From an uncultured delta proteobacterium (GTDB taxonomy: Bacteria; Myxococcota; Myxococcia; Myxococcales; Myxococcaceae), in assembly GCA_963771175.1 (NCBI GenBank), contig CAVYSY010000001.1, positions 96,001-160,000 on the forward strand: a stretch of DNA of 64,000 bases, read 5' to 3'. This document shows, one piece after another, positions 10,701-20,721 of this stretch. Position 1 is the first letter of the stretch, and every line of letters starts with the position of its first letter. The position numbers and the translations under genes are program-made. The notes below the pieces were generated by a model that saw nothing but the letters and a program-made list of their open reading frames with translations, was not told where the DNA came from and ran no database searches.

Positions 10701-11948
10701 GGCCACGAGGCGCTGACGGCGTTCGGCCTGCTGCACTTCGCGGACATGAAGCAGGTGCGCGAGGTGGATGCGGAGATGCTGGCTCGCACGCGCGAATGGA
10801 TGCTGCGGCAGCGCGACGGAAAGGGCGGGTTCGAGCGCAAGCGGCGCGCGCTCCACACGTGGATCGAGGACCCCGACACCTCGAACGCGTACATCACCTG
10901 GGCGCTGCTGGAGAGCGCGAACCGCCCGGCCGAGCTGGCGCGCGAGCTGGAGAAGGAGATCGGCTCGCTCAAGGTGGCGGCGGCGAAGAGCCAGAACAGC
11001 TACGTGCTGGCGCTCACCGCGAACGTGCTGGCGCTGGCTCGCGAGACGGGCGAGGCCAGGAAGCTGATGGACCGGCTCGCCGCGAAGCAGGGCAAGGAGG
11101 GCGTGGTGGAGGGCGGCACGCAGTCCATCGTGGGCAGCTCGGGTGAGGCGCTGCAGATCGAGACCACGGCGCTGGCGGTGCTGGCGTGGCTGCGCGAGCC
11201 GGCGTACGCGGGGAACGTGGAGCGCTCGATGAAGTTCCTGGCCAACTCGTGCGATGGCGGCCGGTACGGCTCCACGCAGAGCACGGTGCTGGCGCTGAGG
11301 GCGATCGTCACCTACGACAAGATGCGGGCGGCGAAGCGGGCGCCTGGCGCGGTGCGGGTCTACGTGGACGGCCAGCCGGTGGGCAACGCGGTGAAGTTCG
11401 AGGCGTCGGCGCAGGAGGCGATCAAGCTGCCGGACGTGTCCGAGCTGCTCGTCCCGGGCGACCGGAAGCTCGAGCTGCGGATGGAGGGGGGCACGGAGCT
11501 GCCGTACTCCATCGAGGTCACCTACAACGCGCTGGTGCCGGCCAGCTCGAAGGAGACGCAGGTGTCGCTCGAGGTGGCGCTGGCGAAGACGGCGCTCACC
11601 GAGGGCGAGCCGACGGAGGCGCGGGTCATGGTGGCCAACAAGACGGACCAGAAGCTGCCCACGGCGGTGGCGATCTTCGGGGTGCCGGGCGGGCTCGAGG
11701 TGCGGCACGACCAGCTCAAGGAGCTGGTGAAGAAGAAGACGGTGGACGCCTACGAGGTGATTGGGCGCGACGTGGTGCTCTACTGGCGCGGCATGGAGCC
11801 TCGCAAGCGCATCGACGTGCCGCTGTCGCTGATCGCGGCGGTGCCCGGCACCTATACGGGCCCGGCGAGCCGCGCGTACCTGTACTACACGGATGAGCAC
11901 AAGACGTGGCAGGACGGCGTGAAGGTGTCGATCGCGCCCAGGCAGTAG
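7761..11948 (+). CDS. Bacterial alpha-2-macroglobulin family protein
   Basis: MG2 domain (STDKPLYRPGEQV), RVDFSETLYW, thioester motif PYGCFEQ (10518-10529), GGRYGSTQST, C-terminal receptor-binding-like domain. Confidence 0.93.
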   Translation: MLEYLAPRTVVALLALGLSVPFSLNQYVLGAKADTQSLGGPNRYQTFVSTDKPLYRPGEQVMARGLLLHANDRKPHPGGAPAQIEIRGPKGDVVTSAMVNIQDAVWGYSWAVPAEAAGGEYTLKVSYPRTGDAPAERKFDVRAYRAPRLKSQIEFLRDGYGPGDTVTATLDVKRAEGGVPAGAKVTATALVDGAAAAQVSGTVNEKGLCTVSFKLPARIDRGEGSLAFAIEDGGVVETAAKTIPILLQTLDLAMYPEGGDLVAGLLGRVYFEAKTPAQKPADLVGAVVDQATGQVVATVRSEHEGRGRFELTPKAGAKYALRIDEPSGIRKTFPLPEVKAKGAILRASEDVVAAGKPVTLSVALSGVSKAKLTLSKREVEVASAQVGDGGRVTLNPKDADGVLVATVWDHDGRPLAERLVFRQPAKAVNIEVRTDKKSYIPGDTVQLTAKTTQDGKPVSAVVMLTVTDDAVLELIEKRDQAPQLPVMVLLEPEVKELADAHVYLDEKNPKARLAVDLLLGTQGWRRFALANAVNFVAQHGDLARRALAVRVPTGYGEFEGGFAADDDFGGMPDGARRRSMPKKPMMARGGAEPEDMPVPMAAPPPQAARPPPAPQPAAAPPPPPVMRQQPVGRVAEARPEPMPNASMAGAVARSDRAKRDMDLLLAKEEVAAMPRLQQQQVVYFREYAHTVRPGRKAGDRVDFSETLYWNAGVRTDAKTGEAKVSFGLNDSVTSFKAFAGAVGNDGALGSAVAEIESVQPFYVEPKIPLEVTSGDVIQLPVALVNGTASPLKGAGLKLELKGDVRVGALGTVDLAAKERVRRIVELKIGQESKPVDLKLAASAGNYMDTVTRTLTIKPNGFPISASFGGLVSAQRPAVHTVTLPANVVRGSVKSSVVVYPTPLANMTESLARLIRDPYGCFEQTSSTTYPLTMAQQYFQSHSGVDPTLVATAKEKLEAGYKRLVGFETSERGYEWFGENPGHEALTAFGLLHFADMKQVREVDAEMLARTREWMLRQRDGKGGFERKRRALHTWIEDPDTSNAYITWALLESANRPAELARELEKEIGSLKVAAAKSQNSYVLALTANVLALARETGEARKLMDRLAAKQGKEGVVEGGTQSIVGSSGEALQIETTALAVLAWLREPAYAGNVERSMKFLANSCDGGRYGSTQSTVLALRAIVTYDKMRAAKRAPGAVRVYVDGQPVGNAVKFEASAQEAIKLPDVSELLVPGDRKLELRMEGGTELPYSIEVTYNALVPASSKETQVSLEVALAKTALTEGEPTEARVMVANKTDQKLPTAVAIFGVPGGLEVRHDQLKELVKKKTVDAYEVIGRDVVLYWRGMEPRKRIDVPLSLIAAVPGTYTGPASRAYLYYTDEHKTWQDGVKVSIAPRQ

Positions 11949-12715
11949 CCCGCGCAGGAGCACCCAGCGCGCGCATCAGGACTTACCCGAAGCCCCTGCT
12001 CAGGCTGGAAGGGGCGTACCACCCGCCTCACCGAGAGGCGGGTGACGCCCGGACTACGCCCGATGAACAGGGTGTGCATCGGGCCCCCGCCCTTGCCGCG
12101 CGCGGGTGTCTCCACCACCTCGGTGTCGAAGCCCGCCCGCTTCAACCGGTTGGCGAAGGCCTGGTCAGACGAGGCGGACCACACCACCAGCACTCCGCGT
12201 GACTTCAGCGCACGCTGGATGGCGTTCAGCCCGCGCTCACCGTAGAGCCAGCGGTTTGCTTCCTGGGTGAGCGCCTCGGGGCCGTTGTCCACGTCCAGCA
12301 GGATCGCGTCGTACTCGCCCTCCGCCTCGCGGAGCAGGACCCCCACGTCCCGCGCCTCCACCGTCACGCGCGCGTCCTCGAGGGGCCTCCCGGCCAGGGG
12401 CGCGAGCACGCCCTGGTTCCACGCGACCACCGCCGGCACCAGCTCGGAGACCACCACCTCGGCGCTCGGGGGCAGACGATCCAGCGCGGCCCGGACGGTG
12501 TAGCCCAGTCCCAGGCCTCCGATGAGCATTCGCGGCCGCTTCCCGGTGAGCTGGGTGCACGCCACCTCGGCCATCTTCTCCTCGGAGCCATGCTGTCGGC
12601 TGGACATGAGCTCGCGGCCGCTGGCCCGGATGGCGAACTCCTCGCCCCGTTGGTGCAGCACCAACTCGCCTCCGCCCGGAGCGGGCGCTCGATCGATCAC
12701 CTTCCACGGCTTCAT
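11885..12715 (-). CDS. Spermidine synthase-like class I SAM-dependent methyltransferase (true 3' end probably near 12050)
   Basis: ELMSSRQHGSE, LIGGLGLGYT, YDAILLDVDNGP. The ORF tail overlaps the A2M gene, suggesting an indel near the real stop. Confidence 0.85.
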   Translation of the reverse strand: MKPWKVIDRAPAPGGGELVLHQRGEEFAIRASGRELMSSRQHGSEEKMAEVACTQLTGKRPRMLIGGLGLGYTVRAALDRLPPSAEVVVSELVPAVVAWNQGVLAPLAGRPLEDARVTVEARDVGVLLREAEGEYDAILLDVDNGPEALTQEANRWLYGERGLNAIQRALKSRGVLVVWSASSDQAFANRLKRAGFDTEVVETPARGKGGGPMHTLFIGRSPGVTRLSVRRVVRPFQPEQGLRVSPDARAGCSCAGYCLGAIDTFTPSCHVLCSSV

Positions 12716-12924
12716 TGAGGGCCACCATACCCGCGAGAGGCGGAAAGCAGGCGGCGGAAATCGAAGCGGCTGGGGGCCGCTCCGCCTCGGGAGTGCTGCC
12801 TGGGCGGCCATCCACGCCACGTCGGCCGCGGTGTCGCCCTTGCCAACGCCCAGCAGCTGCCTGGCGATTCCCCCGAGTCGCCCTGATGATTCGCTGGGGT
12901 GTGTGGCATAGAATGCTCGACTGA

Positions 12925-14956
12925 ATGATTGCACAGCGACCTTGTCGCACCTGCGGGAACACTCTTCCGGACGGGGCGATGGAATGCCCCCGTGACGGAA
13001 CTCCCACCGGCCTGGAGTCCTCCACCGACGAGGTCTGGGAGTCCACCGTCCGCAAGGACGTGATGGTGGGTCAGAAGCTCGGCGAGTACGTGGTGCGCCG
13101 ACGCATCGGCAGCGGGGGCATGGGCGTCGTCTATGAGGGCGAGCACCCGGTCATCGGTCGCAAGGTCGCCATCAAGATCATCCGCCCGGACTCCTCGGAG
13201 GGCGTGCGCTCGCGAGACCTCATCGACGAGGCGCGCGCGGCGAGCGCCATCCGCCATCGCGGCATCATCGACATCTTCGGCTTCGGCACGCTCCCGGGCA
13301 TCGGCCAGTACCTGGTGATGGAGTTCCTCAATGGTCGGCCGCTGGATGAGGTCATCCTGGACCGGGCACCGATGCGGGCCGCCGAGGTCATCCGGCCCAT
13401 CATCGAGGTGCTCGGCGCGCTGGGGGCCGCGCACGCCGAGGGCGTCATCCACCGCGACCTCAAGCCGGGCAACATCTTCGTCGTACTGGAGTCGAACGGC
13501 ACGGAGTACGTGAAGGTGCTGGACTTCGGGCTCGCCAAGCGGGGGGCCGCACCCAACAGCGCCACGCCGCAGACGCGCGTGAGCATGATCGTCGGCACCC
13601 CCGAGTACATGGCTCCGGAGCAGGCCTGTGGCCAGTCGGTGAGCCCGCGCACGGACCTGTACGCGGTGGGCATCATCATGTTCGAGATGCTCACCGGGCG
13701 GCTGCCCTTCCGGGGCGACTCGGCGATGCATACGGCCATCATGCAGGTGCAGACGCCGCCGCCCTCGCCCTCGAAATTCGTGGACGGGCTGCCGCCCGAG
13801 CTCGAGGACCTCATCCTCCGGCTGCTGGCGAAGGAGCCCGACCAGCGGCCCGCCTCGGCCGACCTCGTGGCGCGCGAGCTGAAGGCCATCGCCAAGATGC
13901 TGGCCGTCGAGATGACCCAGCTCTCCGGGTTCGCCCGGGCCGTGTCGGAGCCCACTTCCGAGCCCGTCTCCGCGGTGCGTGCCCAGGCCCGGCAGGGGGC
14001 CCCCGGAGCGGCCGCGCAGCGCGGTGGGACCCGTCAGCCCGTGGCGGCCTCGGATCTGGAGACGGCGGCGGCTCCGCGGACCCACGCGCGTCCGGCGCTC
14101 TCTCCACCGCCGCCCGAGGTGGCTTCCCGGAGCGCGCCCGGCTCACGTCCGGCGGCCCCCGCGCGTGCCCAGGCCGCGCGCCCGCAGCCCGCGCGGGCGC
14201 CCGTTCCTCGTACTCAGCTCCTCACCGAGGAGCCGCCGCGGGAGGTGCGCAGTGGCGCGAAGGTCCCTGATACCGATGAGAGCGTGCGCTCGCCGCGCCC
14301 CTCACGGGGAGTGAAGCCGGCAGTAGCCGTGGGTGTGGCGGCGCTCCTCATCTGCGCGGGAATGGGGCTGGTGATGCTCCGGTCCAACGAGGGTCCGAGC
14401 GTGCCGCTGGGCAGTGAGAGGACCGTGTCGAAGGGGCCGACGCCCCTGGACCCGGTGGTCGTGCCCCCGCCTGCTCCGAAGGAAGAACCCAATCCGAAGG
14501 AAGAACCCAAGGCGACGACCGTCTCGCTGCAGCAGCCTCCATCCCCCCGTGAACCCGCCGCACTCCCAGTCCGGGACGGAGACGTCCGAGAAGAACGAGA
14601 CGCAGGTCACCCCGCGGACAGAGACCCCGGACCCGGACGAGACATCGGCGCCGCGGAAGTCCAACACGGCCTCCGCGCAGCAGAAGGATCCGAAGACGGG
14701 GACTGGCAAACCGCGCCGTACCATCAATGGGAATGGGACCCTCAAGCTGGTGGCGGAGTGTTGGGCCGAGATCTTCGTCGACAGCACCTCTATCGGGAGG
14801 GCCCCAAGACCTCCCGTCGTGCTGTCCGCCGGCAAGCACACGCTCGAACTGCGCGGCAATCCGAAGGTCAGCGAGCAGCGGAAGGAGATCCTCATCCCGC
14901 TGAACGGGACGTTCAGTCACACCATCACCTGCGGAGCAGATGGGGCCGGTGGCTAG
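12925..14956 (+). CDS. Hanks-type Ser/Thr protein kinase with Zn ribbon, TM segment and PEGA-like C-terminus; apparent frameshift near 14540
   Basis: IGSGGMGVVY, VAIK, HRDLKPGN, DFG and GTPEYMAPE; TM VAVGVAALLICAGMGLVML. PEGA-like WAEIFVDSTSIGRAP...LSAGKHTLEL lies in frame 14414-14956. Confidence 0.9.
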
Positions 14957-15065
14957 AACGGCCCTCCTGAAGTAGGGCTCGGTGGGCCTCCACACCCGTG
15001 GATGCCCGGGGCCGCTTCAGCTCCTCGTATACGCAAGCCACCTCTCGGAATATGCTCGGCAACCG

Positions 15066-15737
15066 ATGTGCCGACATCTGTCCCTCTCCGTGCTCGCCTT
15101 GTCCGTGGCAATCGCCCCAGCTGCCGAAGCTGCCGAAGCCACCCTTCCGGGCCTTACCGCCTACCGCACCGGTGACTTCGAAGGCGCCGTGACGCAGTTT
15201 CGCGAAGCAATGCCGAACCTGCGGTCCTGGGAGCGGATGCGGGCGTGGACTTATCTGTCCGCCTCGTTGTTCGCGCTCGGTAGGACGGATGAAGCCGAGC
15301 TGAACCTGCGGCAGCTGTTTCGCGAGTTCCCTGAAGCGAAGCTCGACCCTTCAGTCTTCGAGCCTGGGCTCGTTGCGCTCTCCGAACGGGTTCATGTCGA
15401 AGAAACCCCCAAGACGGTTCAGAAGCCGTTCGCGACGCCCCCGCCGAAGGACGTACCCGTCGTCACCAAGAGCTCGAGCCCCCTCCCATTCATCGCGACC
15501 GGAGGAGCGGTCCTGGCGCTCGGCGCGGGAGCCTGGTTCGCCACGTCGTCGTCGAATCAGCGAAATCAGCTCGACCGATCGTTCGATCCTTCCGGCCGCT
15601 CGACGCTGACGTACCCGGAGGCGCAGGCGCTCGCGGGAGGGGCAAATCGTGACGTGGCCCTGGTTGCGGTTTCGGCCGCGACTTCGGCGACGCTCACCGG
15701 TCTCGCCATCTGGCTGTGGACGCGGAGCGAAGAATGA
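15066..15737 (+). CDS. Secreted TPR protein with C-terminal hydrophobic segments
   Basis: Signal peptide, TPR-like GLTAYRTGDFEGAVTQFREA...YLSASLFALGRTDEA, two hydrophobic C-terminal stretches. Confidence 0.7.
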   Translation: MCRHLSLSVLALSVAIAPAAEAAEATLPGLTAYRTGDFEGAVTQFREAMPNLRSWERMRAWTYLSASLFALGRTDEAELNLRQLFREFPEAKLDPSVFEPGLVALSERVHVEETPKTVQKPFATPPPKDVPVVTKSSSPLPFIATGGAVLALGAGAWFATSSSNQRNQLDRSFDPSGRSTLTYPEAQALAGGANRDVALVAVSAATSATLTGLAIWLWTRSEE

Positions 15738-17584
15738 TGCATCGACTCACGGGCCTGGTGTGCGCGGTGCTCGCCGGCTTCGGCTGCGCGGGGCTTCCCG
15801 AGGATGGCCTGTTCTTCTGCGAGCCCGGGCGGGTCTGCACTCAGCGCACCGCGGACGGGACTCCGTACGTCTGCTACCCCGACGACTACTGCCGTCCGCC
15901 CGGCACGCCGAGCGCCGACACTGACGCCGGAGCCACTGACGCCGGAGCCACCGACGCTGGAGCTACCGACGCTGGAGCCACCGACGCTGGAGCCACCGAC
16001 GCATGCGTGCCGATCTCGTGCTCCGTGGAAATCTGCGGTTCGCTCGACAACGGCTGCGGGACGACAATCGACTGCGGCGGCTGTGGCACTGGGTTCTTCT
16101 GCGGAAACAACAGATGCCAGCAGTGTGCGGCGACCGACCTGCCAGATGATGCGTTCGACGATCGGAACTGCGACGGAATCGACGGGCAGCTCGACGGCGG
16201 CATTTTCGTCTCCGAAGACATCGGGAACGACAGTTGGCCGGGCACGAAGTCGCAGCCGGTAGCGTCGCTCGCGGTCGCGTTCGACCGCGCACGGGCCGCT
16301 CCTCATAAGACGATCTACGTCGGCAGTGGGACCTACGACGCCGGCTCGTCGGGCATGCTCTGGGACTCGCCGGTGTCGCTGTATGGCGGCTACTCCGCGG
16401 ACTTCAGTTCGCGCGACGCGGTGACGAGCCCCGTTCTTCTGGTCGGCGCGGACGGCATCCGGGTGACCGCCACCGACGGCGGATTCACCATCGAGCGCAT
16501 CTCCGTGAGCGCCGGAAACGCGGTCGGAGACGGCAAGCCATCGGTAGCAATGACGGTGCTCAACGCGCAGGGCCTTGCGCTCCGCCACGCGTTGCTCCGA
16601 GCCGGTAACGGCAGCGCCGGCACGGGTGGTCAAGCCGGCGGCGACGGCGCGGCCGGCCTGAATGGAGCCGATGGAGGGATCGCCAACAACGCCAGCGCCG
16701 GAGCGGGCGCGGGCTCCACCGGATCGCCCTGCGGCAGTGCGGGCGGCGCCGGAGGCGGGGGCGGCACTCACTACACCGGTACGCCGGGTGTTGGCGAGTC
16801 GGGCACTGCTGGCGCCAACAACGTCGGCTCCGGGGGCCTCGGCGGCTCTCGCTTCACGGGCTGTGACAACCAGGGGACGTGCGGCTCATGCCCGCAGGGA
16901 ACGGCTGGTGCCTGGCGGAAAAGGCGGCGACGGTGCCAACGGAGTCGACAGTTCGCGCGGGACGGCGGGGAACGGAACAGGTTCCGTCGTCAGCGGCGCC
17001 TGGACGGCCGGGAGCGGCGGCACCGGAGCGACCGGCGGCAACGGACGGGGAGGCGGAGGAGGAGGCGGCGGCGGCGCATACCAGATCTACACACGGCACC
17101 AGTTTCTGCTCGTTTGCGAATCCCGGCGGCGGGGGGGGCTCAGGCGGTGGCGGAGGTTGCGGCGGCCTTGGTGGCACCGGCGGTCGCGGCGGGGGCGCGT
17201 CTATTGCGCTGCTCCTGGCAAACGCTCGCGTTCAGGCCACCGCACTGACGCTTCAGACCGGCTCCGGCGGCAATGGAGGCTCGGGCGGTCCCGGCGGGAA
17301 GGGCGGAAGGGGCGGGGCGGGAGGCATGGGAGGTGTCGGCTTCGACAGCTTGGGCGAATCCGGCGGCCCAGGTGGTCAGGGCGGGCGAGGCGGTGATGGA
17401 GGAACCGGTGGTCCCGGCGGTGGCGGCGGTGGCGGACCTTCCGTCGGCATCTACTGCACCGGTTCGTCGACGGTCGTCCACGACGGCGGCATCACCTTCG
17501 TCGCCGGTATCGCCGGGCATGCCCGCGGACAACGGACTCGCTGGCCAGGGCGGGGCGGCATACCAGTGCACGGGCTACCCCTGA
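15734..17584 (+). CDS. Cys-rich/Gly-rich (PE-PGRS-like) surface lipoprotein; frameshifts near 16910, 17120 and 17520
   Basis: Lipobox-like LAGFGC, TDAGA repeats, DRNCDGIDG putative metal-binding motif, GNDSWPGTKSQPVASL (DUF1565-like), long GGxGG tracts pieced together across frames. Confidence 0.7.
15920..16002 (+). repeat. Tandem 15-bp repeat (ACYGACGCYGGAGCY) x5.5 encoding TDAGA
   Basis: Directly visible: actgacgccggagcc x2, accgacgctggagct, accgacgctggagcc x2, then a partial unit. Confidence 0.95.
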
Positions 17585-17789
17585 GTGCTGTCTCCAGGGC
17601 GGTGGGCTGGTGCAGAGCGGCAGAGGAGGGCCGCTGACGGGTGGCAGCAGGGCCGTGCGCCGTGTCGGTACGCATAGGCGGAACAGAACGTATGTCGCCG
17701 GCAAGGTCGTCGTCGCGGTCGCCGCGGCCTGACTCGAAAGTATAGGAGGGCTGGAGGCCCCCTTGAGGGCGGGCCTTCACGCCCGCGTG

Positions 17790-20510
17790 TCACTCCTCGC
17801 GCGCCCGCCTCCTCCGGAGCGCCAGCGCGGCGAGCGCCAGCCACGCGAGCGGCGCCACGGGGGCCGCGCCGCAGCCGCAGCCGCTCTCGGCCTCCAGGTC
17901 GTTCGGCAAGCTCGCTCCAGCATCCGGCCCACCCGTCCCAGCATCCGGCTGCGCCAACTCGCAGCTCCCGTCACCGACGCACACCTTCACTTCGACCTGG
18001 GCCTGCGCTCCCGCCGTGTCGACCACGACGAACCGCACCGTGTGCAGGCCCGGCGATAGCCCCGTCGTGTCCCAGCGGTTGTGCTCTCCGCCGAAGTGGA
18101 AGTGATTGTCCGAGCGCGTGTCCGTGTAAAGCAGCTCCCCGTCCACGTAGAACCCGGCGAGGGTGCAGCCCACGTCGTCCACGCAGTCGCCGAAGAACTC
18201 CGCCATCGTCCCCGAGACGCGCTCCCCCTCCTTGGGGCGCGTGAGGACGGCGCGCGGCGGCTCATCCCGCTTCGTGGTGACGGTGAAGGTCTGCGTCCGC
18301 GTCCGGGGTCGCCCCGTTGGCCACCCGCACCGCTCACGTCCATCGCGCCCACCGCCGTGGGCGTCCAGGTGATGAGCGCCGCTGCTCACGTCGATGCTCA
18401 TGCCCTCCGGCACCGTGCCCACCAGCGAGTACGTGGGCTCCGGCCGGCCGTGCGGCCATTACGCTCGTAGCGGTAGGGAGCGCCCACCACCGCGGTGGTG
18501 ACAGGGTGGAGTTGATGGCGGGAGCCAGCGGCTCGTCGTCCGCCACGGTGACGGCACCGTGCGCGCATCCAGCGCCCGCGGCGGCCACGGTGAGCGTGGC
18601 GGTGTCCTCCACGTTGTCCGCATCCTCCGCGGCGGCCGCGCGTGACGGTCTGCGCCGTGTTCCAGTTGGCCGGCGTGAAGCTCGAGCGTCGCGCCCCCCG
18701 TGACGGTGACGTCCGTATCCCCTGCGTGTCCGCGCCACCGTGACGGTGACGTTCCCCGTGGGCTGCTTCGACAGCGCCACCGTGAAAGTGGCGGTGCCGC
18801 CCTCGTGCAACGCCACGCCGCTGGTGGACAGCACCAGCCGCGCCGCGTTGTTGTCGATGGTGTGACCACCACCGTCTCGGTGCCCAGCCCCTGCGCGGTC
18901 ACCAGGAAGGTGGCGGTGTCCGAGGTCCGAGTCCGCGTCCTCGGCCGCCGCGAGCGTCACGAGCTTGCGGCAGGCTCCAGTTGGTCGGCGTGAAGGTGAG
19001 CTGGTTTCGCTCGCGACGATCAGGTCCGCGATCCGCCCGGGGCCCGCTGCCACGCTGACGCGTGACGTCCGCCGTGGGGGCCTCGGCCAGCCGCACGGTG
19101 AAGACGGCGCGCGCCGCCCTCGACGACGCGCAGGTTCAGCCCGGAGACGATGAGCTTCTGCCCGGGCTCCGCCGGGGCATGATGCGGCGTCAGGACTCCG
19201 AGGTGACGCCCACGACGTACAGCGCGCCATCCGGCCCCACGTCCATGTCCACGCTTGGCGCTGAAGCCCGTGCCCCACTCGTCCACCGTGGCCACCGAGT
19301 TGTCCGCCGCCAGCGTGGCCCGCGTCACCTGTCCGGAGTTGTAGTCGCCGAAGAAGAAGTTGCCGCGGTAGACCGGCCGGGAAGAGCGTGGAGTCGTAGA
19401 AGGTGCCGCCCGTGATGGAGCCGCCCAGGTCCTGCGTCCTCGCCGTGCCACCGCCGCTCGTGCGCGTCCGGCCCCGCCTGCGCCAGCCGTGCACGTGGTG
19501 GGGCTCGGGGACGCTGGCCACGTACACAGAGACCCGTTGAAGCTCGCGTCCGTCACGCCGGACGACGGTGATCCTCTCGCCCTTGCGGAAGCCGTGCGTC
19601 CGCGGTGGTGGTGAAGGTGACGACGCCGCCCGCTGCGCACCGCCCCGCTCGCGGTGAGGGTGCGCGTGTCCGTGCCGTTGGTGCGGTACTTGATGACGGG
19701 CGTGATGAAGCCGGCGGGCTGGTTGTTCTCGTAGGCGTTGTAGCCGGCGTGGTCTGCCCGGCTCGGGACGAAGATCTGCTCGTAGCTCGTGCCCACCGAG
19801 TTCACCCACAGCTTCCCGGTGCCCGGCTGGAACGTGAAGGTGAACGGGTTGCGGAAGCCGCGCGCCCAGATGTACTCGTTGTTGGGGCCGACGCCGTCGT
19901 TGAACGGGTTGTCGTTGACGGGCGTGCCGTCCAGGTTGGCGCGGCCCACCTTGGCCGCCAGCGAGGTGAGGTCCGCGTCCACGCCGGTGCCGTTGCCCAG
20001 GTCGCCGATGGCCCAGTACAGCTTCCCGTCCGGCCCGAAGCCGAGACGCGCCACCGTCATGGTTCTGCCCGACCGTGGGCAGGCGTCGACGATGACCGTG
20101 CGCGCCGTGCCCACGCCGTTGGCGTCCGTGTAGCGGACGATCTGCTGCTCGGAGCGCGGAGACGCCGTGACGAAGAGGTAGACGTAGCGGTTGACGACGT
20201 AGTTCGGGTCGAACGCGATGCCGATGAGGCCGCACTCGCTGTTGGTGTAGACGGCGGGCTCCGTCGCGAACACCCGCGTCACCAGCGTGCCCCCCTGCGT
20301 CTCCGGGACGCCGTCCTTCAGCGATACGAGCCGCACCGTGCCGTTCTTGATGAGGATGAAGAGCCGACCCGAGCCGTCCGGCGCCCAGGCCATGCCCGTG
20401 GCCAGGGTCAGCGCGGTGGAGGTGTAACTCGTCTCCACGAAGCCGGTGGGCACCGTGGCCCCCACCGACATGGACATCAATAGGAGCGACGCGAGCAGGA
20501 AGGTGCGCAT
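17790..20510 (-). CDS. PQQ-dependent sugar dehydrogenase-like (GSDH) beta-propeller with Calx-beta/Ig-like domains and MYXO-CTERM sorting tail; many frameshifts
   Basis: Signal peptide, MAWAPDGSGRLFI, ECGLIGIAFDPNY, LGFGPDGKLY, WARGFRNPF. The C-terminus ESGCGCGAAPVAPLAWLALAALALRRRRAREE is a MYXO-CTERM motif. Confidence 0.8.
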
Positions 20511-20721
20511 AGGACGGCGAAGCTAGCGCACGCGGAACGCGGCTTCAGTCCGTCAACCGTCCGCGGCCCCGCCCGTGCCGGCTTTTTCAGCCTTGGTGCT
20601 GTAACAGTGTGACAACACCGGACCGGACGCGATTGGATTGGGCCGGTCTACCCGCCCAGCGGCAACGCCACGTGGAAGGTGCTCCCGTGACCGGGGCGGC
20701 TTCACGTGAGACGTACCCGGC

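Noticed and set aside
7194..11963. 1589-aa antisense ORF, and similar long shadow ORFs such as 30391-33282, 23106-25232 and 37875-40067
   Set aside because: They mirror real genes on the opposite strand. Stop-codon depletion from high-GC codon bias explains them, and the translations have no motifs.
14476..14511. 18-bp duplication encoding PKEEPN/PKEEPK
   Set aside because: An ordinary low-complexity linker duplication within the kinase.
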